From positions 323 through 58,080 of the forward strand of contig JAYNVZ010000003.1 of assembly GCA_038101125.1 (NCBI GenBank): a DNA stretch of 57,758 bases. Direction: 5' to 3'. Of the stretch, positions 50,700 to 57,758 are shown one piece after another. The translations under genes were made by a program, and so were the position numbers. The notes beneath the pieces were generated by a model. That model saw nothing but the letters and a program-made list of their open reading frames with translations, had not been told where the DNA came from and ran no database searches. Position 1 is the first letter of the stretch. The number at the start of each line of letters is the position of its first letter. This DNA comes from Gammaproteobacteria bacterium. Its GTDB lineage: Bacteria > Pseudomonadota > Gammaproteobacteria > GCA-002705445 > GCA-002716945.

Positions 50700-53387
50700 T
50701 TGGTTGATAAAAATGCAAAAAATTTCGTTTTAGTTGATGGTTCATCTTATTTATACAGAGCATATTACGCTTTACCACACTTGAAAAATAGTGATGGTGA
50801 GCATACTGGTGCTATTTATGGTGTCTCTAATATGATCTCTAAGCTTTTAAGAACCTACAATCCATCATATCTATGTGTGATATTCGATGCTAAAGGAAAA
50901 AACTTTAGGCACGAAATATATGATCAATATAAAGCAAATAGATCGTCCATGCCTGTAGAATTATCACAACAGGTACCTCCAATAATTGATTTGATCAAAA
51001 GCCTTGGTATAAAAATTTTACAAGTTCCAGATGTAGAAGCAGATGATGTGATTGCTACACTGGCAAGTCAAAATTACAAAGATAATATAAAAGTACTAAT
51101 ATCTTCTGGAGATAAAGATCTAGCTCAGTTAGTAAATAGCAGAGTTACTCTTGTTAATAGTATGGACGAAAAAATATTAGATACCAATGGTGTGATAAAA
51201 AAATTTGGCGTGACCCCAGAAAAAATATTTGATTATTTAGTTTTAGTTGGAGATGCATCAGATAACATCCCTGGTGTAGATAAAGTTGGCCCAAAAACAG
51301 CTGTCTCATTATTGGATAAATATGATAACTTGGAATCAATCATACAAAATATAGATAACATTAAGGGGAAAGTGTCAGAGAATCTATCCAAATCTAAGGA
51401 TTCTATTGCTATTGCCAAGAAGCTCATAGAGTTAAAAAAAGATGTAGACATCGACCTAGATCCAGAAAAATATACTATCTCTAAGAGAGATGGATCAACA
51501 TTATCAGATTTAACTTCAAAGTATCAGCTCAAAAGTCTTTCCGATAGTTTAGGTATTGAGAAAGTTATGACAAATACTAATTTAAAAAAGTCATACAAGG
51601 TCATAGATAAGGAGCTTGATTTTGATAAACTTTTCCTGAAGCTAGTAAAAAAGAAAATATTTTCATTTGATACTGAGACAACATCACTAGACCCAATTTC
51701 TGCTAAACTTGTAGGCTTTTCTTTTTCAACATCAGAAGGAGAAGGTTATTATATACCATTCAGTCATGCTGAAAATAATAATATTAATGTCAAAGAAGAT
51801 AAAATATTTACGATGCTAAATGAACTTTTTGGGAAAAAAGAACTAACAGTTATTGGGCAAAATATTAAATATGATATCAATGTTCTAGCTAAATATAAAA
51901 TAACATTCAAATGTAAAACTGAAGATACCATGCTTTTATCTTATATATACAATTCATCTGGTAAACATGACTTAGATAGCTTAGCAAAAAAATACCTTAA
52001 TTATGAGAAAATAAAATATGGTGATGTCGTAGGCTCGGGTTCAAAACAGAAAGTATTTTCTGAAATAGATATAAGTGAAGCAAAAAATTATGCTTGTGAA
52101 GATGCAGACATAACACTAAGGCTTTATAATTATTTTATAGAAAAGTTAAGCAAACTAAAAGAACAGTTTGCTTTATATAATAATGTTGAGTTACCTCTGT
52201 TAAATGTCATTTCTCAAATTGAACAAAATGGAGTGATGATAGATCATAAAAGCTTGCAAAAGCAAAGTATAGATCTTGGCAAAAGAATTGCATCAATAGA
52301 AAAAGATGTCTATAAATTGGCTGATCAGGAGTTTAATATAGGCTCACCAAAACAACTCCAGGATATTTTTTATAATCAACTAAAACTTCCAATTATAAAA
52401 AAAACACCTAAAGGGCAGCCTTCGACTAACGAAGATGTCATGCAGGAATTATCTTTACTGCATGACTTACCTAAGTTAATTTTACAATATAGAAATCTAT
52501 CAAAGCTTAAAAATACATATACTGATAAGCTTGGCACCCAGATAAATGATAAAACTCACAGATTACACACTTCATATAACCAAACTGTCACTATTACTGG
52601 AAGACTTTCTTCGTCAAATCCAAACTTACAAAACATACCAATTAAAACTGATGATGGAAAAAAAATAAGAAAAACATTTATAACTACAAAAGAAAATAAA
52701 ATACTATCTGCTGATTATTCACAAATTGAGCTGAGAGTAATGGCTCATATCTCAAAAGATAAGTCACTTATCAATAGCTTTTTAAATGGAGAAGATATCC
52801 ATTCGGCAACTGCTATTGAGGTCTTTTCTTTAAAAAATAAAACTCCTAGTCAAGATGAAAGAAGAGCTGCTAAAGCTATTAATTTCGGATTAATTTATGG
52901 AATATCATCATTTGGCTTAAGTAAGCAGCTAAAAATTAACAATAATGATGCTAAGGATTACATAGAAAAATACTTCACTAAGTATGAAGGTGTTAGAGAT
53001 TTTATGGATAAAATAAAAAAAGATGCCAAGAAAACTGGTTTTGTTTCCACTATGCTTGGTCGTAGGATTCATCTTCCTAATATTACTCATAGTAATTTCC
53101 AAATACGAAGCGCTGCTGAACGCACAGCTATCAATGCTCCTATACAGGGGACTGCAGCAGATATCCTCAAGGTAGCAATGATAGATATTGCTAAATGGGT
53201 AGAAAAAGATAATGCTCCAGTAAAAATTATTATGCAAGTTCATGATGAGCTTGTGTTTGAGGTTAACAAAAGCTTTGTTGAAGAGGCAAATAGTAAAATA
53301 TCTCAGTTGATGACAGATTGTTTTAGGCTTGATGTGCCTTTGCTTGTAGATATCGGTGTCGGTGATAACTGGGACAAAGCCCATTAA
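50700..53387 (+). CDS. polA: DNA polymerase I
   Basis: 5' nuclease LVDGSSYLYRAY, exo motif FDTETTSL, motif B RRAAKAINFGLIYG, motif C QVHDELVFE. TTG start at 50700 is needed to keep the conserved N-terminus. Confidence 0.95.
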   Translation: MVDKNAKNFVLVDGSSYLYRAYYALPHLKNSDGEHTGAIYGVSNMISKLLRTYNPSYLCVIFDAKGKNFRHEIYDQYKANRSSMPVELSQQVPPIIDLIKSLGIKILQVPDVEADDVIATLASQNYKDNIKVLISSGDKDLAQLVNSRVTLVNSMDEKILDTNGVIKKFGVTPEKIFDYLVLVGDASDNIPGVDKVGPKTAVSLLDKYDNLESIIQNIDNIKGKVSENLSKSKDSIAIAKKLIELKKDVDIDLDPEKYTISKRDGSTLSDLTSKYQLKSLSDSLGIEKVMTNTNLKKSYKVIDKELDFDKLFLKLVKKKIFSFDTETTSLDPISAKLVGFSFSTSEGEGYYIPFSHAENNNINVKEDKIFTMLNELFGKKELTVIGQNIKYDINVLAKYKITFKCKTEDTMLLSYIYNSSGKHDLDSLAKKYLNYEKIKYGDVVGSGSKQKVFSEIDISEAKNYACEDADITLRLYNYFIEKLSKLKEQFALYNNVELPLLNVISQIEQNGVMIDHKSLQKQSIDLGKRIASIEKDVYKLADQEFNIGSPKQLQDIFYNQLKLPIIKKTPKGQPSTNEDVMQELSLLHDLPKLILQYRNLSKLKNTYTDKLGTQINDKTHRLHTSYNQTVTITGRLSSSNPNLQNIPIKTDDGKKIRKTFITTKENKILSADYSQIELRVMAHISKDKSLINSFLNGEDIHSATAIEVFSLKNKTPSQDERRAAKAINFGLIYGISSFGLSKQLKINNNDAKDYIEKYFTKYEGVRDFMDKIKKDAKKTGFVSTMLGRRIHLPNITHSNFQIRSAAERTAINAPIQGTAADILKVAMIDIAKWVEKDNAPVKIIMQVHDELVFEVNKSFVEEANSKISQLMTDCFRLDVPLLVDIGVGDNWDKAH

Positions 53388-53441
53388 ATATAGATTGGCA
53401 TTTGAAGTATTATGATGATGCTATATAATGCTTTTTGAGCT

Positions 53442-54056
53442 ATGAATAAATTATCACTTTATATAACAACTGCATTCTTAATGGTATTATCTGTAAGCGT
53501 TCAAGCAGCGGATTTAATAAAAGGCAAGGAAAAGAGTGTAGCATGTGTCGCATGTCATGGTCAGGAGGGCATAAGCCCAAGCCCAGTATGGCCAAATTTA
53601 GCAGGTCAACATGCTGGTTACTTATCAAAACAGCTCTATGAATTCAAGCAAGGTGCTAATGGAAATAGAAATAATTCAATTATGTATGGTATATCATTAA
53701 CTTTGTCAGATGACGACATTGCGGATTTGTCGGCTTATTATGCATCGTTGAATAATGCAATTGGGACTTCCTCTGATAAATACCTAACTCTTGGTCAGAA
53801 CATATACAGGGGTGGAAATATGGAATATAAAATTCAGGCTTGTATAGCTTGTCATGGTCCTACCGGCAAAGGAAATGGTCCAGCTAAAATTCCTTCTTTA
53901 TCTGGCCAGCATGCTGATTATTTATATTCACAACTGAAAAATTTTCAAAGCGGAATAAGGACTAATGATCCAAACAAAATGATGAGAAATATTGTTCATC
54001 GTATGACTGATGAAGAGCTAAAAGCTGTATCTGATTATATTCAAGGGCTATACTGA
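53442..54056 (+). CDS. dihaem cytochrome c4
   Basis: Signal peptide; two CxxCH haem sites (CVACH, CIACH), each followed by a distal Met region. Confidence 0.9.
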   Translation: MNKLSLYITTAFLMVLSVSVQAADLIKGKEKSVACVACHGQEGISPSPVWPNLAGQHAGYLSKQLYEFKQGANGNRNNSIMYGISLTLSDDDIADLSAYYASLNNAIGTSSDKYLTLGQNIYRGGNMEYKIQACIACHGPTGKGNGPAKIPSLSGQHADYLYSQLKNFQSGIRTNDPNKMMRNIVHRMTDEELKAVSDYIQGLY

Positions 54057-54670
54057 TGAAATTTTTTAGACTTATGCCATTGGCGCTAATACTGATCTTT
54101 AGCAACTTAGGTGATTTAATAGAGGCATCTCAAAAATACATTCAAATTTCCAATCAAAAACAGACCGAAAACGATAAAATTATTATCTATGAATTCTTTT
54201 GGTATGGATGTCCACATTGTTATAACCTAGAACCTACAATGGATCGGATTGAAACGAACTTAGACAAAGACACAATGTTGATCAAAGTTCCTGTAGCACT
54301 AAGAGACACATGGGAGGTTCATGCTAAAGCTTATTATGCATTACAACAGATGAAATTAGATGATAATTTACATGAGAAGATCTTCACCGAGATACACATC
54401 AATGGCAATAGACTTGATACGAAAGAAAAGTTAGAAGAATATATAAAGGATCAAGGTTACAATGCAAAGAGTTTTGTTGAATATTTTGATTCTTTTGGAA
54501 CAGATTTAAGGGTAAAGAAAGGCTCGAGGCTAGCTAATCAGTATCAAATTACCTCTGTCCCAACATTAATCATAAATGGAAAATATAAAACAAGTGGATC
54601 GTTTGTGAGTTCATATGATGAACTTTATGATGTTGTGCAATTATTAATAGAAAAAGAGAGAGTCAATTGA
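54056..54670 (+). CDS. dsbA: thiol:disulfide interchange protein DsbA
   Basis: FFWYGCPHCY active site, signal peptide, TSVPTLIINGKY cis-Pro loop; 1-nt overlap with the c4 stop. Confidence 0.9.
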   Translation: MKFFRLMPLALILIFSNLGDLIEASQKYIQISNQKQTENDKIIIYEFFWYGCPHCYNLEPTMDRIETNLDKDTMLIKVPVALRDTWEVHAKAYYALQQMKLDDNLHEKIFTEIHINGNRLDTKEKLEEYIKDQGYNAKSFVEYFDSFGTDLRVKKGSRLANQYQITSVPTLIINGKYKTSGSFVSSYDELYDVVQLLIEKERVN

Positions 54671-54689
54671 CTTTTAAAGGAGATACACA

Positions 54690-55538
54690 ATGGTAGCAAA
54701 AGTAATAAGCGGAAGAGAAGTTGCGGAAAATATTCTAACAACAGATCTAAAAAATAAAGTTATTGAGTTGAATAAAAAAAATATTAAACCTAAGCTTGTA
54801 GTAGTCTTGGTAGGTGACATGAAAGCATCAGCAAGTTATGTTGCACAAAAAGAAAAGTTTGCTGTGAAGGCAGGAATTGAATCAGATGTAATGCGTTTTG
54901 AATCATCAGTAACTGAATCAGAAATTCTTGATCAGATTGATATTATTAATAAAGACAAGAATATCCATGGTGTTATAGTTCAGTTACCACTACCAGACCA
55001 TATATCTGTTGCTAAAGTTTTAAATAGAATAGATCCATCAAAAGATGTGGATGGTTTTACACCTACGAATGTTGGTAAATTATTCCTTGGTGAAGATACC
55101 TTGGTATCTTGTACACCAAAAGGAATAATGCAAATGCTTGCATCTACTGGAACAGACTTGAGCGGGAAAAATGTCACTGTAGTTGGGAGATCTAATATTG
55201 TAGGCAAACCTGTTGCTATATTATGTCTACAGCAAAATGCTACTGTAACCATGTGTCATTCACGCACAAAAGATCTTAATGCAAAACTATCTGATGCAGA
55301 TGTTGTAATAGTTGCGGTTGGTATACCAAAATTTATTAATGGTGATCAAATTCCTAAAGATAGTATCGTAATTGATGTGGGCATACATAATATAGATGGT
55401 AAGTTATGTGGTGATGTTGATTTTGATTCAGCTTCATTAAAAGCATCTGCCATAACACCTGTGCCTGGAGGCGTAGGTCCAATGACTGTATGCGCCCTTA
55501 TAGAGAATACAATATTAGCAGCTGAGAGGATAGGTTAA
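54690..55538 (+). CDS. folD: bifunctional methylenetetrahydrofolate dehydrogenase/cyclohydrolase
   Basis: SYVAQKEK, VQLPLP, VVGRSNIVGKP, PVPGGVGPMT. Confidence 0.95.
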   Translation: MVAKVISGREVAENILTTDLKNKVIELNKKNIKPKLVVVLVGDMKASASYVAQKEKFAVKAGIESDVMRFESSVTESEILDQIDIINKDKNIHGVIVQLPLPDHISVAKVLNRIDPSKDVDGFTPTNVGKLFLGEDTLVSCTPKGIMQMLASTGTDLSGKNVTVVGRSNIVGKPVAILCLQQNATVTMCHSRTKDLNAKLSDADVVIVAVGIPKFINGDQIPKDSIVIDVGIHNIDGKLCGDVDFDSASLKASAITPVPGGVGPMTVCALIENTILAAERIG

Positions 55539-55611
55539 GCGCCTGAGAAGATTCGAACTTCTGACCTTTAGCTTCGGAAGCTAATGCTCTATCCAACTGA
55601 GCTACAGACGC
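55538..55611 (-). tRNA. tRNA-Arg (anticodon CCG)
   Basis: Minus-strand read GCGTCTG-TA-GCTC-AGTTGGATA-GAGC-A-TTAGC-TTCCGAA-GCTAA-AGGTC-AGAAG-TTCGAAT-CTTCT-CAGGCGC-T folds as a canonical cloverleaf (7/4/5/5-bp stems, TTCGAAT T-loop). CCA not encoded. Confidence 0.9.
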
Positions 55612-55683
55612 AAATATATGATGAATTAATTATTTCTTTTAGTATAATCTACACAAGAAATAAAACATGGATATTATACAATT

Positions 55684-56178
55684 ATGGAACATAAAGTATC
55701 AGACGCTGAATTTTATAAGATCTTTTCAATCTTGTCAGTCATTATAATAGTTTTGGCTATATTTATAGCGATTTTATCAAATGTATTTGCAGGCTATTCA
55801 TCCAGTGGAGACGATAATTATAAAGTAGAACTCCAAAGCTTAACAGATGAAAGAACCCAACCGTCAGGAAGAGTTAATCTAGCAAGCAACCCTTCAGTAA
55901 AACAAGCTCAAAAACCAGTTATGGTTGCGTCTAAGAAATTATCTGGTCAAGAGGTTTATAATGCAGCATGCATGTCATGTCATGCAAGTGGAGCTGCTGG
56001 AGCACCTATGACTGGTAATAAAAGCCAGTGGTCAGAAAGAGTAGCTAAAGGCAAAGATACTTTATATTCTAGTGCAATAAATGGGATTGGCGTGATGCCA
56101 GCAAAAGGTGGAATATCAACATTATCTGACGATGAAGTTAAGTCAGCGGTGGATTATTTGATATCCAGTCTTAATTAG
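55684..56178 (+). CDS. membrane-anchored monohaem cytochrome c5-type protein
   Basis: N-terminal TM anchor, linker, then CMSCHASGAAGAP haem site and GVMPAKGG distal Met. Confidence 0.8.
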   Translation: MEHKVSDAEFYKIFSILSVIIIVLAIFIAILSNVFAGYSSSGDDNYKVELQSLTDERTQPSGRVNLASNPSVKQAQKPVMVASKKLSGQEVYNAACMSCHASGAAGAPMTGNKSQWSERVAKGKDTLYSSAINGIGVMPAKGGISTLSDDEVKSAVDYLISSLN

Positions 56179-56399
56179 CTATCTAATTTCTTTTCTAATT
56201 CTTCTATTTTTAATCTAGTTTTTAAAAGAACTTTCTTTTGAATATCAAACTCTTCGCGTGTTACTAAGTTCATTGAGTGTAAGTAGTCTTCTATAAGTGT
56301 TTTTAAACCATTTTTTAATTCCTTTCGTGAATCAGAATCATTCGAGGGTATAAGTTTTTCGATTTTACCAACTAAATCTAAAATTTTCTTTGAATCCAT
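56175..56399 (-). CDS. ubiK: ubiquinone biosynthesis accessory factor UbiK (YqiC/BMFP family)
   Basis: LVTREEFDIQKKVLLKTRLKIEELEKKL closely parallels E. coli UbiK [28 protein letters not shown]; 74 aa. Confidence 0.8.
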   Translation of the reverse strand: MDSKKILDLVGKIEKLIPSNDSDSRKELKNGLKTLIEDYLHSMNLVTREEFDIQKKVLLKTRLKIEELEKKLDS

Positions 56400-56401
56400 T
56401 A

Positions 56402-56418
56402 TGCACCTGTTTTGTGCA
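56402..56418. promoter_or_regulatory. NtrC-type enhancer site candidate
   Basis: TGCACC-TGTTT-TGTGCA versus consensus TGCACC-N5-GGTGCA, one mismatch in the defined half-sites. Centre lies about 118 bp upstream of the -24 GG of the sigma54-like element. An extra TGCAC half-site at 56424-56428. Confidence 0.45.
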
Positions 56419-56491
56419 GTTAATGCACTTTATTAAACATATTACTTTATTCTAGAATAATTATATCATAGCGATTAATTATTACATACAT

Positions 56492-56520
56492 CCCCAAAAC
56501 AAAGCATTCTTGGGGTTTTT
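56492..56520 (+). terminator. intrinsic-terminator-like hairpin with no + strand gene directly upstream
   Basis: CCCCAA(56492-56497) ... TTGGGG(56510-56515) followed by TTTTT(56516-56520); the minus-strand version lacks a U-tract. Confidence 0.4.
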
Positions 56521-56526
56521 AGTTGT

Positions 56527-56542
56527 TGGCATAGTTTATGCA
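56527..56542 (+). promoter_or_regulatory. sigma54 (-24/-12) promoter candidate for porin-glnK-amtB
   Basis: TGGCAT-AGTTT-ATGCA with GG (56528-9) and GC (56540-1) at the canonical spacing of TGGCAC-N5-TTGCA; 83 nt upstream of the porin ATG. Confidence 0.5.
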
Positions 56543-56624
56543 TTGGGTAGTGTGAAGCTTGACTTTTTTCGTTGATAAATGTCGAACTTAAAACTTAAAA
56601 ATAAATATATAAAAGGAGAAAATT

Positions 56625-57305
56625 ATGAAAACACTAATGAGAAATTTCTTACCTGTCTTTATGGCGGTCAGTTTTTTTGTCCCTTTAGCTGTAGCATCTG
56701 AATCAGCTGTTGCTGATGATGAAGCCTCATCTATAAGTTACAATGTTGGCTATATGTCAGATTACTGGTACAGAGGTGTACATCAGTCAAATTCAGCCGT
56801 TAGTTTTGGAGCTGATTATGAGTCTGGTGGATTTTACCTTGGTACTTGGTGGGCTGATGTAGATACTGGTCTTGAACATGATTATTATGGCGGCTATGCA
56901 TTCAGTGCAATGGGCATGGATATGTATGTTGGCGCTACAGGATATTACTATACTGATAATTTTGATTCAGATTATGAAGAATTAAACTTTGGTATTGCCA
57001 TGGGTCCTGTTTCTATAGACTATGCAGATGGTAAATATAAGACCGCTACTGATGATTCTTATGATTTCACATCTATTGCACTAGACCTAGCAGTTGTTGG
57101 TTTGCCAATGACATTCACAGCTGGTTTCTGGGGTGGCGATACTTTGAAAGGTAATGTTTATACTCTTGATTATGCTACAACAGTTGCAGGAGTTGATGTT
57201 GGTCTTCAAGTAGGAAGAAATGATGATGATATCACGCAAGGTTCACGAGGAGCTAGCTCTGTAGATACAACATTTGGAGTCTTTACGTTAGGCTATAGTT
57301 TCTAA
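56625..57305 (+). CDS. TorF-family putative outer-membrane porin
   Basis: Signal peptide ..PLAVA; SDYWYRGVHQSNSAVSFGADYESGGFYLGTWWAD resembles the family pattern SdYvfRGisq...a.qgg.dy...GfY.GtW.s; alternating beta pattern and C-terminal GYSF. Confidence 0.65.
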   Translation: MKTLMRNFLPVFMAVSFFVPLAVASESAVADDEASSISYNVGYMSDYWYRGVHQSNSAVSFGADYESGGFYLGTWWADVDTGLEHDYYGGYAFSAMGMDMYVGATGYYYTDNFDSDYEELNFGIAMGPVSIDYADGKYKTATDDSYDFTSIALDLAVVGLPMTFTAGFWGGDTLKGNVYTLDYATTVAGVDVGLQVGRNDDDITQGSRGASSVDTTFGVFTLGYSF

Positions 57306-57689
<384 letters not shown>

Positions 57690-57719
57690 TTAATAAAAAC
57701 TATTAATTAGGAGACCCTA

Positions 57720-57758
57720 ATGGAAACACAACTCATTGAGTTGGCATATGCGTTAGAC
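57720..57758 (+). CDS. amtB: ammonium transporter, 5' fragment truncated by the window end
   Basis: AGGAG 7 nt upstream of ATG 57720; only 13 codons visible. Call rests on the conserved glnK-amtB pairing. Confidence 0.4.
   Translation, partial: METQLIELAYALD

Noticed and set aside
52929-53384. A 151-aa ORF exactly codon-antisense to the 3' end of polA. This is surprising in AT-rich DNA, because it requires 151 consecutive sense codons with no TTA, CTA or TCA.
   Set aside because: I checked the sense codons. All eight Leu in this stretch are CTT, CTC or TTG, and the Ser codons are TCC, TCT, AGT or AGC. So the open frame comes from a local codon-usage quirk in the most conserved polymerase motifs. 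The antisense peptide looks like low-complexity junk with no start context. It is worth a codon-usage scan, but not callable as a gene.
53402-53429. Near-consensus sigma70 promoter TTGAAG-16 nt-TATAAT upstream of cytochrome c4.
   Set aside because: The predicted start (about 53436) would leave a leader of roughly 6 nt before ATG 53442, with no ribosome-binding site. Given the background frequency of TATAAT-like hexamers I cannot support it without TSS data.

Overview
This is an AT-rich, very tightly packed stretch of core chromosome. The conserved gene order points to a gammaproteobacterium: ygfB-pepP-ubiH-ubiI opposite zapA, gmk-rpoZ-spoT, ubiE-ubiJ-ubiB, lgt-thyA-folA, and thrB/polA/cytochrome c4-dsbA. 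The low GC and extreme compaction suggest a streamlined marine lineage, but I cannot name the organism. By my tally of inter-gene gaps, only about 1.8 kb of the 57.8 kb is non-coding.

Gene content:
- Central carbon metabolism: tkt-gap-pgk-pyk and a class I fba, plus rpe and rpiA.
- Biosynthesis: trpEGDC, ilvA, thrB, purC, bioD, hemL, thiE, thyA, folA, folD.
- Seven ubiquinone genes: coq7, ubiH, ubiI, ubiE, ubiJ, ubiB, ubiK.
- Small redox carriers: pseudoazurin, cytochromes c4 and c5, a 2Fe-2S ferredoxin, and a 55-aa rubredoxin missing from the ORF track.
- A trio of serine-glyoxylate aminotransferase, hydroxypyruvate reductase and glycerate kinase.
- A split TRAP transporter, plus polA, uvrD, spoT and one tRNA-Arg(CCG).
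- A porin-glnK-amtB unit preceded by NtrC-like and sigma54-like sites.

I found no transposase, integrase, phage gene, CRISPR array, toxin-antitoxin pair or recognisable defence gene. I cannot defend any one locus as a clear new system. The loci most worth a second look are:
1. A divergent AdoMetDC-fold proenzyme with a long extension, translationally coupled to a VOC protein at the end of the trp string.
2. An 89-aa, 49-lysine histone-H1-like protein with an internal DNA repeat.
3. A small LETM1-like protein converging on an uncharacterised 4-TM protein.
4. The nitrogen-regulatory region upstream of the porin gene, which contains an orphan terminator-like hairpin.
5. The near absence of intergenic space at 11 convergent gene junctions.
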